In this document: positions 49,908 through 63,910 of the stretch, one piece after another | How positions within the stretch are numbered: position 1 is the stretch's first letter | Layout of the letters: each line of letters opens with the position of its first letter | Source of the DNA: Octopus bimaculoides | Lineage: Eukaryota | Length of the DNA stretch: 64,000 nucleotides | Reading direction: 5' to 3' | NCBI RefSeq assembly: GCF_001194135.2 | Contig: NC_068983.1 | Coordinates: 110,098,079 to 110,162,078 of the forward strand | Notes under the pieces: model-generated | Told to the model about the DNA's origin: nothing | What the model saw: the letters and a program-made list of their open reading frames with translations, nothing else | Databases searched by the model: none | Program-made: the position numbers and the translations under genes

Positions 49908-50042
49908 AGGTGGTGAAGTGGCAAAATTGTTAGCACGCCGAGCAAAATGCTTAGCAGCATTTCGTCCGTCTTTACGTTCTGTGTTCAAATTCTGCTGAGA
50001 ACGACTTTGCCTTTCGAAGGCCTTGCAACAAAATACGAAATC
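49908..50042 (+). mobile_element. Internally deleted copy of the same SINE
   Basis: Head and B-box present; joins gcctttc directly to ggccttg of the 3' end. Confidence 0.75.
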
Positions 50043-51065
50043 AATATTTAGTGCGACGTTTTTATTTCCCTTTCATACGCTTTCTCTTTTCCTTTTCGTC
50101 TATCTTCCCTGTCACATCACCTTACCCCTCTCTTACTTTTTCTGCCTACTCTCTTTCCTTTACTATTCTCCCTCTTTCTCTCGTTCTGTGCTCCCCTCCT
50201 TTATTCTCCTTTCTTTCTCCCTACTATCTGTCCTATATCCTTCTGCATTTTCTTTTTGCTATCTTCCTCCTTTCTTCCTTTATTTTGTTTACATCGCTTC
50301 CTCGACATTTTTCTCAGCTCTTCACTACTTGTTTTTTGTCTTTCCCCTCCTTTTTCGGTAACACGTGACCATCTCATTTCTCCTTTCAGCCTTCGTTTTC
50401 GTGCTTGGCTGCTTACTTGTATGGCTCTCACCTTAGCATTTACTTTCAGCCCTGGGTCGTTGCTATTTTTTCTACTTTTTGTTTTAACTTTCACTCTACT
50501 TTCTTTTTCAAGTCCTAAGGGACGTCATTTTCAATTAGCATTATTTCTACACGTTTTGTCTCCAGGCTGTCTTCTAGTCTTAAGGCCTTTACGTATATGC
50601 ATACGTTTTATATGTACCAACTACTTGTGTTGTTTTCCGTTATGTCTTATCTTATTCTATAATCGTTTAGCGTTTGTCTGTGTCACCGTCCTCTACGTTC
50701 ATTCATTTATTCGCAACAACATTTTGCTATCAAGCTCACCAATATGAACAATCTTATTGTTAAAGGCGGGAAGTTGATATGATGTTTGGACGATGATTGA
50801 AGAGGGAAGAGCATATCTATGTCTTGTGTGTGCTTTCCGTATATTACTTTGTCGTCTTTCTGTACAATTTTTGATCAGAATGAGTGAAAGGAAAAGACAG
50901 ATACAAACGGTATTATACATAAACCCCTATGCGCACACTTAAAAGACACACATACACATACCTAAGAGGAAATGGGAAAAATATATAAAATAGAAAGATA
51001 TATAAGCAAAGAAATGAAAAAAGTAAATAAAGGGCACGGATATTTACAATATAGTAAGCAAACCC

Positions 51066-51107
51066 ATACACACACACACATAAAACACATAGACACGCGT
51101 ATACACG

Positions 51108-51153
<46 letters not shown>

Positions 51154-51163
51154 NNNNNNNNNN

Positions 51164-51203
<40 letters not shown>

Positions 51204-51307
51204 GAATCAAACTCATGTGCAGGTAAGGGTACACACCATAGAAAGACAGAATGAACTAAACAGAACTGGAGGAAATACGTGGGATGGAGAATCACTGACG
51301 AGGTTAC

Positions 51308-51365
<58 letters not shown>
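51066..51365. repeat. (CA)n and (GT)n arrays in opposite orientation with a small gap
   Basis: Direct reading. Confidence 0.93.
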
Positions 51366-51367
<2 letters not shown>

Positions 51368-52424
51368 TATGTAAGATCAATATGTGTATATTACTACTTA
51401 TGCAAAATAGATTGGCTATTGAGCGACACTATCTCTGAGAATTAAGCAAGAATATTTATAATAGTGATTAACAAAACTCCGCACAACTACTATAACTTAG
51501 ATCGTTATCTGCTCTTTATAGGCATTTAGTCAAATAAGGCTCTTTATTGTTTTTTTTTACATACAATTTCAAAAGAACTGCACAAGTATCATGATCATAG
51601 ACAATAACCAGAACAGTTGTTTGTAAATCTGACAACCTATGTATTGATTTTATTTTATAATATTTTTAGTAGAATTTAAACGTAACTTGCTTAGAAATTA
51701 AAACTAGAAGCATAGGCTAACTATTAGAACATTGTATATAGTTTCCTTTTTGCATTATAACCAAATTGAATTATTTCTGATTATTTTTCAAATTTAAGAC
51801 AGAAGGTGCTGTCTTTGAGTTATTTTTTAAACGTTCAGGAAATAGAGGAGTAATGCAATTCTACAAATACTATCATGGCTATATTTGATATTGATTCCAA
51901 CATAAGTAGAATCGATATTTCCCTTTTATAGATGGTTCTTTTCAAGTGAGCGTACATTATAAGTTTGGAGAAGTGGCATCGACTGACTGATGATAAATTT
52001 AGCCTGTTCATTGAATAATATATTTTACAAGATTCTTCTCTAGTTAAAAAACAACAAACCTTTTCTTTCTACCTCTCGAAGCAATGCCAAGGTAATATCT
52101 TTGAAACCCCACTTATATTGTTACATTTGAAGTGATTATAATTTAATTTTGTTTATGGTAAGTATAGTTTCGTTATCAGAAAATACTTTCGTTTTTTTAT
52201 ATGCAGCTTGATTGACAATCGCATTACAACACCAGTAACAAGATAAATATCGGTTGATGTTTATTTCACAAAACATCAATAAGTTATAGGAGTTTACTGA
52301 TTTTGTTTTTAGAATAAGTGTTTTATTTCTTCTGTCTGATTAAAGGCAAACAGGAAACTTAGAATATAATCAGCTTCGATATCAAAGATATTTTATACGT
52401 TTATTATTTTGTTATATGTATTAA

Positions 52425-52610
52425 GGAAGTGGATAGCAGAAGCGATGGTGTTCTGGGCAAAATGTCTGGCAGTGTTTAGTTACCACTGTGTGGTTGACTT
52501 TGCCTTTCAAATTTCTGAGGTTGATAATAAGTATCGATAACGTAGTAGTATCGATTAAATCGATGCTATCCCATCCTTTCACATTTTTAACCTCGTGTCA
52601 ACGTGAAGAA
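52425..52610 (+). mobile_element. Highly degenerate Deu/Nin-like SINE
   Basis: ggttgactttgcctttca..gaggttgataataagta..tcgattaaatcgat. Confidence 0.55.
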
Positions 52611-55467
52611 CCAATTATCCATCCTTGAAGCAAGGGATATTAGTGTAAAATTATACTGCTGCACTAAAAATATGGTGAAGTCAACCTTTTGCTTTGTGCG
52701 TTATAATTGCTTTTCATGCATCTAGACTCAAGAAAATAAGTACCATTAATAAATCTGGATCGATCCAATTAACTATGCGTTCTCCTCTACAAAGCATTAT
52801 TTGGAGCCTAAAAGCAGTTTTACACATCTTTATTGAAAGTGGTATCTTGGAAGAAGTAGTAATCATATAATATTCATTCATGTCTTACAACAGAAAACAA
52901 ACATGATATTTAGATTTGACCTATGCTCTACATTTGCATTCATCCAAAGTAATGTAGTGCGTGATTCTTCCAATCTATAAATTCAATCGTTGGAACGTCC
53001 TGGGAACCATTTGATTAATAAAATCTCATTCTATAAATTTCAAGTCTCATGTTAGCTAAATTTTATATGCACCATGTGGAGCAAAAATGAACAGAAAATA
53101 TTCCTTAAAATGGTATTTTCTACATAGCTTAAGACGGTTATCAAAGCATTAATATATTGTATCAATCAACTTGGTAACTTTTTGACATCGCCCGCAATGA
53201 AATATGTTGCTAGCAACTAAAGAATTTAAGTCTCACACGCATATGTAATTTGTGAACGAAGTGGAATAGTAATCTTTAATGGGGATATTAAACATAGAGA
53301 AAATTATGTTATAAGGCAATCGTCTAAGGACGCGAAATATATGCAGAGGCAAAAAACATTTTGATATAAATCTCGAGAGCTATATGAATGATGTTAATAT
53401 AGTAGAATGGGAGAAATCAGATATGAAATTGACTGAAGTATATTATCTCTACTGAAAGAATAATATATATATATATATATAAAACGTAATCTAGAAAATA
53501 GATTCTGAATAGTTTACTTCTCCACATAATAGCAGAAATGTATTAAAAAATATCGGCGTTTAGTAATTAACCAGTATTGCAAGATAACTTTTAAAAAGAT
53601 ATATGTCCAACACAGACGGATATCCACGACACCATCTCCGAAGTAGACTTGTTAGTCACAAGACTACATGTAGAGGAATGTATCATACTTCCAGTAGTCT
53701 ATGTGTCTTCTACGTTCCTAAGACACACAATGTTTCTTCTGAACATTCAACTGCAATTCAGTTCCGTAAGTACTATTCATTGGCTCATTCTTTTAATCCA
53801 CACTCAGTTTACTTGTGTATTTCTTTTACCTTTACTCTAAATCACTCTGAGCGCCGTGAACCGAAAATATTCCCTTTGCTCGTGCAGCAAAATCAAAAGC
53901 ACACTTGAGTCAGACCTCTATGAAAGGAACATTTTCTTTGCAGCCTTTTACCAATAATTTTTACTAACGATATTCACCGAATTTCGCTTCACTTGTTACG
54001 TAAATACCACTTAGAGGGAGAAATCCAAAAGTGTATGTATGCTGAATTATGAGCACTAAAAGACTGTCGAAGAAATCGTCCTCTTATACCTCTCTTCTGT
54101 CACGATACCTTCACTAGCACACACATCCCCATTGTAGCTATGGTGTTAGTTGAGTTAAATATATTATATGTGACACTTTTTGATCATCGACCAATAATTC
54201 AGTATATGTGATAATTCACTATATTGGCTGTACAAAATTAGAATTTATATTCACAGGCAACGTAAACATTCTAGTTTGAATTAAATACAAAACACTGTAT
54301 GTAACACGTGATTGAATTCACCTGTTTGTTCTAGAGCATGGCTATAAGGAGTAGACCAGTAAATAATGTTTAATGATTCGCATATTGATCAATGAGTCAA
54401 CAACTTTAGGGTCGGAAGAAGATCAATGAATTATATTAGAAGACGCTTCAATAAGTATCCTACTGAAAATGGTTGAAATATTTCCCAGCAATAAAAATAT
54501 TACATTTATTTTCTTTTATCCGGATAACCCTCTATTTTAGTTTGAATCGATATTCTTATTTAACGACTGGTCAAAATATCCTCTCTAGGCAGGACCCTTG
54601 ATAACCTCGTCTAATATCAGTTGAAACCACAGAACCAACACAAATTTCTCCTATTGATTGCTTTATATCTCGAGCAATTATATATGGATTTTATATATAA
54701 TATATTTCTTGCATTATTAGTTGACCAACATAGATGAGACAGGCTTATGACTTATATTCGAAGTAGAATACAAGAAATATGAAATATATTCTACGGCTGA
54801 TGAGTGCTGACTGGCAGAATAAATTTGATCTAACGCCGCTTTTAAATCAATGGAGGATTAATCGATATTGAATCACATAACATTTCGAAAATCAAACAAA
54901 TGGCACATTTTGGCTACAGATATTAGTCTGTCGGTCTGTTAGATGTCATACAAGTGAAGTTGAAGTCCTGGAAAACATCATACAGATTTAATGATTCATG
55001 CCTTCGGCCAAAGCCTGCTTTACGTTAATGACAGTTTGTTGGAAAGTCATAAAACAAAGTAGATTCAGCAGGAAGATAACAAATAAACCAAATAAATACA
55101 TCAGTCGAATACAAACTTTTAACATTGCAGCCTCATTACAATAACAATATCTAGTGAAATTTTAACAATTTGAAAGTCAATGTAATAGGATAGGGAAGTT
55201 AACGCTAGACAAGATACTTCTGAATAAAATATACGTAAGCACTAAGCAATAATATTTCATATATGGTAATTCTGATAAAAAAAAGTATATTCTAAATATT
55301 TCATTAAATGGAAATATCACTAAAATTAAATGTGATAAGTGTTATTCTTTATTCAAAAATATATTTAGTTACTCTGTCGATGTAATTTGTTGAAGACGCA
55401 TGTTTATTTTGATAGTACATATTCACTCTTGCCTTACGTCTTTCTTTTCACTCGCTTTCTCTTTCAC

Positions 55468-55570
<103 letters not shown>

Positions 55571-57924
55571 ATACATATGATATTAAACAGAAATACAAAG
55601 CCACTGTAACTTCGCAGTTTCATGAGAATAGCTCCTCAGAGGAATCGTTTTCGACAAGATTTCTAATTTCAGTCACTGTGAATTTCGAAAACAATAAATT
55701 ACACGAACACACACCAACATACAGACTCATAGACACCCGTACACAAACACATACACACTCTTTCTCTCTATTTCATACATACACTTACACACAGATGTGC
55801 GCACATACGCACGCGCGCACACGTACACATGCACATACACACACACAAACTTATTTTGTGGTAGATCCAGTTTGGCTACACCCACGCAAGGGTTAATAAA
55901 GCAATAAGTTTAGTAATATGAACAATCTAATTTTAATTTTTAATTTTAATTTTAATTTAATTTTAATATAATATATATTAAGTAAGATTTAGTGAAATGT
56001 GGTAGGACTTGAAGTTTGTAACCAAGTTAGTAATTATCAAGTGATTTAACTTGTTATCGTTTAATAGCTTGGGTTTTTTTGTGCTTTTGACCTCTCATAC
56101 GTCTAAGAGGCAGAATGCACTCGGTAACGTGTAGACGTTTACTCGTTCGTATAGCATTACCACCATTTGGAAGTAAGCTCAGTATTTAAAATGGCAGATT
56201 TAGCATTATATTTCGAAGGTAATTTCCACTAGTATTCACCCAACTATCAGTAGTCTCCCCTTAAAAAGTTGGTAGCCGTATTGGTTGCTGGTACTCATCT
56301 TATTTCTTTTTGTTTTTATTTTAAGCTATGCTGAGATGGTGCAGAAGAGCATAAGCGGCCTCGTGCCACTTATGACATAGTCTTGTTCCCCACACCTTTT
56401 AATTAATTGGTTTATTTTTTCTTCGTTATTTACGTTTACTTCTGTAACGGTCTTAACTTGCCCTTGGTTGAAATATGATTGACCAATTGTAGAGATGACA
56501 GGACTGTGGTCAGTTCCATTACGGACAATAGGTGTTTAATCTCTAGAATATTTCAGTAAGTACATCATTATAAAAACTCTACGGGTTTGGCTTTGGATAA
56601 ATATTAATTAGCTCTATTTACGAAATCATAAATACTATCCGTTTTCTAGACATATTAGCGATTCCTGTTTTACTTTAGCTCTAGTTTTTATACACTACAA
56701 TTTATACACCCTGGTTTTATAGTACTACCATTTATACACCCTGGAATCCCTACATAAAGAGATAACTCATAAATTATTTTTGTAGCTCATTTGTTAGTTC
56801 ACTGTTTGGCCTATCTACTTCAAGCTTCACACTGCAAAATAGTATGATTCAAATATATTGAGCCTTCTGGCCTCATCTCGAGGCCCTGTCCTTCCCTCTT
56901 TCCTTCGTTTATTCCATTTTATTTAGTTTTGTATTTGTATTCACTCTAATGAAGCTCCATGTACTAGATCGAATGTGCTAGAAAAATAGCGAAAATTATT
57001 TACGGAGTTTTCTTAGTAAGCACCGATTGACATCAGCAGCCGAAACGGCCTTACGAAATGTTATGTAATGTTATGCTATGTTTTGTATAAAAAAATAATT
57101 AACCGATGTTGGTCAATTTGTTTGTTTGTTTAATAAAAAGTTTTCTACAATTTCTTCAAATATATATATATATGCATATACTCACATATTATTTGTATTA
57201 TTACATGATCGAACACACGCGTCATCTTTGCAAGTAAGTTTAACTTTATATTTCTGACGCGACTCTATTTATCTTTGTATCTTTCTTCTTCTCTCGTCCT
57301 TCCTTCTGTTGTTCTTCGCTTCTCCACTTCACTACTATATATATATATATCTCTCTTCCTCCTTGTCTCTCGTTGCTAACCTATATTCTACTTCCTCCCC
57401 TTTTTTCTCTCTCTATCACTTTTTCTCCCTACCCCTCGCTGGTCACATGTGTCTGGCTACTGCCTCCTTTCTTATCTTGGCTACTGCCAAGCCAGCACGA
57501 ACTTCTTCTCTCTCCCTTCCAGTTCGTCTCATCACAGCGTTCAATATACATATATATTTTTTCACGTCTGGCCCTACTAACCCTTCTTGTTTATCTTCAC
57601 TGTTTCGTTTTCCTGTCATGTATTCTGTTCGCAACGATATTCCTCCTCATTACAAATTTAGTTTGTTTCTGAGGGAAGAGCCATTCTAACAATGCGTCCT
57701 GCCCTAACTCTTCGAAACGCTTAGTTTTAGAATGGTGCCAGCCGATGACGGAAATGTTCTCTAAGTGGCCTGTGTGTTTTCTGTACTCTGTTAATGTTCT
57801 GTTTCTCATTTTGTCCACGTTTTTTTTTGTGACGTCTTGTACCCAGATATGCATCTACATATACATGTAGATGTAGGTATGTACCTACATGTTCGTATAT
57901 ATGCATATACTCACATATTATTTG

Positions 57925-57963
<39 letters not shown>

Positions 57964-57995
57964 CACGTACACACACATACACACACCACACACAT

Positions 57996-58049
<54 letters not shown>

Positions 58050-58094
58050 TAAAGTTGGAAAAATATTTGATATAACTGCAAACAATATTTCATG

Positions 58095-58225
58095 AATTTT
58101 CAACTCTAATGCTGACGACGCCAAATCTAGAGAATCGGGTGGCTGATCAACCAGCTCAAAGCCCCAGCGCTGTACTGCAGCCATTGAAAACAAGGATTTG
58201 TGTACTAGACATCACCGTCACTACT
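58095..58225 (-). mobile_element. Short mariner transposase remnant
   Basis: VHKSLFSMAAVQRWGFELVDQPPDSLDLASS resembles the mariner GFELxxHPPYSPDLAPSD segment. Confidence 0.7.
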
Positions 58226-59103
58226 ATCACCGACGTCGAAATCGCCTCTTATCCCTATGGGATGATACAATAAAGTTCTAGTCAAGTTTCTGAGATCGAT
58301 ATATTCAATTTTCGCTTCTTTCAAATTTCTGGCGTCATACCTATGTTACAAATATTGTGTCGATTTAATTAGTTTTCTTACCATAAATTGTTAGCCTATT
58401 GAGTTAATGTATTTAGATTAGAAAAAATATCATAAATATATAATAAATCAGCTATTAGCGATATTTGTAACGAAGAACAATTAATATATCCAGCTTAAAT
58501 TAGATATGTTGTCTGGATAGGCTCTAAACTGCTATTAACGTCCACACATACAATCTCATGTTGATGACACGTGCTCATTAAGTAATGACTATATCGGCTG
58601 ATGAAGTGATCGTCTGCAACGGGAGATGGCTTTACCGTATCAAAGGATTTCAACGTTTCGCCAACGTGAGAAGGTATCTTTGAACGTTAATAACAGTCTA
58701 AAGGTAATCTAGACAATATATCCAGTTTAAGTTAGAGTTGCTAATTATTATTCATAACAAATACTACTGTTGTTGCTAATAGCTAATTCATTCGTTACTC
58801 ACCCGCTTTTTGCGTCATCACTTGCTGTTTTGCTTATTATCATAATATGATTTTTCGTTCTGGTATTCTGTGCAAGGCTGGGCCGCGACTGATGATCTAT
58901 AGTCACAGTAAAATCATGTGAGACGTTAGTGTCATTCACTGGTGCAGGCGATCATTTCATTGGTCGATGCAGTGAGTGCTTAAAGAGCACGCGTTGTCAA
59001 CATGAGACGGTATTTCTGGACGTCAATAAAAATTTAAAGGCGATCTGAATAGCACATCCAGTTTAAGTTGGATGTGTTAATTACTAAAAGTATAATACAT
59101 GTG

Positions 59104-59140
<37 letters not shown>

Positions 59141-59989
59141 AAATTAGAAAATGCGTGTGCAAAAGTGCATATTCGTGTAAAGACCCATTGATAGCGCTTA
59201 CGTACATTCAGGCGGGGAAAGACTTACTGCTGCGGAAAAAGTACCCGGGAGAAAATTCTCCTCCTAGGCGACATGTGTGAAAACACATGGATTCTCGAGG
59301 GTCTTACATATGACTTTATAAGAAAATGATTTATTGAAGGCTGCTTCATGCGACTTTACATGCATACATACATACATACATACACACCACACATATATAC
59401 ATAAGAAGTATTCATTTTTACTGTCACTGTTATAAGGAGTATAATGAAAAGAAGTTGGAAATGCAATTGAAATAGTTAAAATGATTTATTTACGTGAATC
59501 GGTTTCACGATGACATGATTTTCAAAAGTAGTGGAAGAGAGGTGTGTCATGCTCTCTCATGGCTCTCTCGACTCTGAGTGAAATTTCACAATTCGATCAC
59601 TTTTATGGAGCTTATGGCTCAAATTGCAGTTGGGTAAGATTCAATTTGACTGTTTGAAGTTGTCAAGAAATCAGGCAATTTGGTTACTTCTCCATAACCT
59701 CTGTATATGAGCATCATGTGATTGTATGAAGGATAATTGTATCAAATGACCGTCTAATCACCTCTTACGAGCTATGTCCGGGTAGGTTACGAAACTGTAT
59801 TGCATGTACAATAATTTAGCCAAAAGTCAAGGCTGTAGATGTGGCCCTATGAAAAACAGTTTGCTTCAATGGCTAAAAAGCAAAGGGAAATTGCTTGTTA
59901 GTATGCGAGTGAGATTAGATTGTGTCTGCATGTATGTGCGTAGATGGTTGACAACGTGTTTGCACATGAGAGGAAGAACAACATTTGCG

Positions 59990-60795
59990 TATTACCTTAG
60001 AAATTTAGCGGTTAGTAAATGCATCTCCGATATGTTGTTAACATTTATCCAGTCGTTTATACATCTGTTCACATCTGATTTGTAGTTTAAGTTAAATAAC
60101 TGATGAAATAGAAAGACTTGGACTTTAGTTGCTGGTAGGTCTATATGCTCTCTAAGGGGATTTGCCTATTCTTTTTTGGTTTGTGTAATTTCGACGATGT
60201 CTACCCGCTCTGTTTCGAAGATTGAGTTTCGTTTGTCCAACGCATTCTTCGCGATCTTCTTTTCATTTAATAGCATGAATTAAAGTTAAATTAAAGTTTT
60301 GTTTACGAAAAGGTAAAATTAATTTTCCCAGTGAAAATATGACATGATTTAAATTTATAAGATGTATCTTTTATAAAACTGATGGTTGTATTTAGGTCAA
60401 ACACACTTACTTTTGTACATTTTCTCAATAAACGCACAAAAGAAACTGTTATAAACATTGTCGAGTCTTTTTTCATAGAATTGGTTAGTCTTTTATTTTG
60501 ATTATTTTGCAAAATTCAAATACCTTTAACATTCTTGTGTCTTACTTCAATAATGGTTTGCCTCAATTAATGCTGTGTTTCTATATTACATGGGTTTTGT
60601 GTTAAGAGTAACGTAGACTATTCGCTGTACCCAAGTCTTTTGTTTTTCGGAATTCTTGAATGTCTATCGCTTTAGCATATTTTATTCCATTACTAATTAG
60701 CATTGTTTGGCTTTCATCTTTCAAGTAGAATTCATTGTAATTTTTGGAGTGTTTTATTCTGTGTTCCAAAATTCGAATTCGCTGATCATATTCTT
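59990..60795 (-). mobile_element. Degenerate Penelope-like element (RT thumb, linker, GIY-YIG)
   Basis: [25 protein letters not shown] (thumb/linker) and, in another frame, HAIK*KEDREECVGQTKLNLRNRAGRHRR..EHID..VFLFHQL (GIY-YIG). The 5' side is cut by a (TATG)n array. Confidence 0.68.
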
Positions 60796-60800
60796 CGTAT

Positions 60801-61068
60801 TGTATGTATGTATGTATGTATGTATGTATGTATGTATGTATGTATGTATGTATGTATGTATGTGTATGTATGTATCTTTCTGTCTGTCTGTCTGTCTGTT
60901 TATATACATAAATACACACACACGCATATATATATATATATATATATACGTATACATATATGTATAAATATACATACATGCATAAATATAGATATAAATA
61001 CATATTATATACATATATATATACAAGCGTATATATATGTATGTATGTATCTCTCTCTCTCTCTATAT

Positions 61069-61139
<71 letters not shown>

Positions 61140-61210
61140 CGAGAGAGAGTGCGAGAGAGAGAGAGAGTGCGAGAGAGAGAGTGCGAGAGAGAGAGAGTGC
61201 GAGAGAGACA
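60801..61210. repeat. Compound microsatellite (TATG)n-(TCTG)n-(TA)n-(GA)n with GTGC interruptions
   Basis: Direct reading. Confidence 0.95.
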
Positions 61211-62897
61211 CATTTATGCATTTACATGTGTATATGTGTGCGTGACTATATATATTTGTAGATATATATGATACGTTTTAATACAAGTGGAGTGGTAGCT
61301 ATAAACCTTATCTTTTAAACAATCGACTGAATAATTTATATGATTGTATTAAATATAACAGTTTGGCAGAAATCTATGTGCTTGCCAACCTACGAAAATA
61401 GTGATCATATTTACTTCACATTCCATTATATGGTTTTAAAAATGGTTAATGTGTCTTAGATAGAAAGTAATGAGTTGATCAGGCCTCGGCAAAATGACAG
61501 AATTATCATTCTGGGAAGGCTTTTGTCTATAACTAGATCAAATGTGGCTAAATGATATTTACAACATGAAAGTAAAGTAACTGAATTTCTATTATTTAAT
61601 TCGTACGAAGTCAAATCCGCAAGAAATGCACAATATCGTCATAATAGAGAATGAGACTTTAACTTCGTGTACGATAAGTTAACGGAAGGGATATAATTTA
61701 GCTATTTTTGACAAGAATTTGACACCAATTCTCTCTGAATGAAGTTCTTATCTTAAAAAGATATATGTTTGGTGGTTATTAATAGAATGATGATATACGA
61801 GACGCAAAGCTATTGAAGTTAAAATACAAAATCTCGACATTCAGCCGAAAATTAAATTATTGCCTGATATTGCGTCTGATCATTGTACTTTATGTTTGCT
61901 GATCTCAAGCTGATTATCTTGTCAACATTATTTGGATTTGATCAGTTCAGCTGATGAAACAGTTTTTAGTTTGAAAGGATTGTTTCAGTATTTATCTCTA
62001 TCACGACTAGAAAATCTTAAGTTAACTCGAACTGTCTAAAACGGAGATTAAACTTGATGCAGGTAAATATAACGCATCACAAATTCAAAGTACCAAGTAC
62101 TAACAATGAAAATAACTAAGACACTCAGAACCAAATAACAAAACAATAAAATACACATCTATTTAAAAGACAAACAGGTAAACAAATTAACAGTATCTCA
62201 TTGAAGTGCTTCATTAAGATCAATAATTTAAGAACTCAGAATATGTAATGAATCAGTAAACATCAGTAAACAAAATGTAATGATATAAACACTTCAATAA
62301 AATATCTCAAAATGTTGCAGTAATCTGTCTGAATGACTTCTAAAATAATTCACTAATTTTAAATAATATGGAGCATAATTTCCTTCATTGACCCGTTTAA
62401 CAAATACAAACATTTAAATATGAGACGATACGGTTTTTGTCCAGTCTTATTGATTGATTTCTACAATGTCGACTTTGGTATCACAGAATTTACTGAAGCT
62501 GTGAAGTTTAGATGTTTATATACGACGACTGAAAAAAAAATATATTTTGTTGTTTTTCTAAACTACAGTAATAACAAAATATTTAAATATATATAGTAGG
62601 AAAGCTCAGGGTTACGTTGCACAAAAAAAGCAATTCAAATACAGGGTATTTGAAAGCAGAATCAACTCTGCACTAAGCGAAACGCAACAGAAATATGTTT
62701 ACGTAAATAATATTTTCTCAGATACCGTAGGGTATAATAGAAGCGTAAACGTCTGACCACATACGCACAGAAACATTCTATTGTTTTCATTCGTCCACAT
62801 ATTATTACTCAAGTATTTTTCCGATATCAATATAAAAATATGTAGGACAACTTGATTTTACACGCACATTACACACACAAACATACACACACACCCG

Positions 62898-62953
<56 letters not shown>

Positions 62954-63371
62954 ATATGTGCGTGTGTGTGTATGTGATATGTATGCGTGTATTTACAAAT
63001 ACATTTGGACATATTGGAAACAGGTCTTCTTTTCGATATGTTTTCACTAGGCAATTGTGTTCTAATTTTATCTATTTTTACGAATATCTTCATGCTAGCA
63101 TTGTGCTGTACTATGAATAATTCTTACGATAATAGACGTATATTTTTTGCGGAGAATTCTGTATATATAAGTATGGTGTTTACTAAAGTTTTCCTCTCTA
63201 GTTTTGGCTTTCATCGTGTGACGGAGTGCATTCAAGTCGATCCATGTTGGAAGCGTGTGGTAAGACCGATACGGAGAGTCGAATTTACTCGACAAACATG
63301 ACAGCAGCTGAGATGAAGCTAAATATTTTCGCGTTTAAAATAATAAACTAGCGCTATTAATGTACTATACT

Positions 63372-63420
<49 letters not shown>

Positions 63421-63424
<4 letters not shown>

Positions 63425-63538
63425 TTTATTCTGTTATTCTTTTAGTTGTTTCAGTCATTTGGTTGCGGCCATGCTGGAGAACCATCTTAAGAAACAAATC
63501 GACACCAGGACTTATTCTTTGTAAGCCTAGTATTTATT
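63421..63538 (-). mobile_element. 3' end of the SINE family seen at 40760-41171 (remainder in gap)
   Basis: ttgtttcagtcatttggttgcggccatgctggag..atcgacaccaggacttattctt..aagcctagta. Confidence 0.82.
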
Positions 63539-63765
63539 NNNNNNNNNNNNNNNNNNNNNNNNNNNNNNNNNNNNNNNNNNNNNNNNNNNNNNNNNNNNNN
63601 NNNNNNNNNNNNNNNNNNNNNNNNNNNNNNNNNNNNNNNNNNNNNNNNNNNNNNNNNNNNNNNNNNNNNNNNNNNNNNNNNNNNNNNNNNNNNNNNNNNN
63701 NNNNNNNNNNNNNNNNNNNNNNNNNNNNNNNNNNNNNNNNNNNNNNNNNNNATATATATATATTT

Positions 63766-63910
63766 AAGAGATGAGGAATTATGTACATTATTTACATTTG
63801 ACGAATATTTGTCCTCATCTTGTTTGTTGTTAACACAACGTTTCGGCTGATATACCCTCCAGCTGTCATCAGGTGTCTTGGGGATATTTCGAACCTGGGT
63901 TCTCATTCCT
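63766..63910 (-). mobile_element. Probable PLE pLTR fragment abutting an (AT)n array
   Basis: Contains the hammerhead motif below and a 9-bp inverted repeat agatgagga/tcctcatct (63768-63820). No coding part visible, so PLE origin is inferred. Confidence 0.55.
63832..63877 (-). ncRNA. Minimal type I hammerhead ribozyme motif (palindromic stem III)
   Basis: gacac-CUGAUGA-ca gcug gagggUAUAU cagc c-GAAAC-GUU-guguu. Core intact; stem I gacac/guguu; AACGUU palindrome; the G10.1-C11.1 pair appears lost. Confidence 0.72.

Noticed and set aside
50023-50747. Several 97-163 aa ORFs rich in F/L/S or K/R/E
   Set aside because: They derive from a low-complexity pyrimidine-rich tract; no domain signature.
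57668-57740. Hammerhead-like ctgagg-gaagag...ctcttc-gaaac-gctta
   Set aside because: A9 is missing, stem III is broken and no stem I closes the motif; at most a very old relic.
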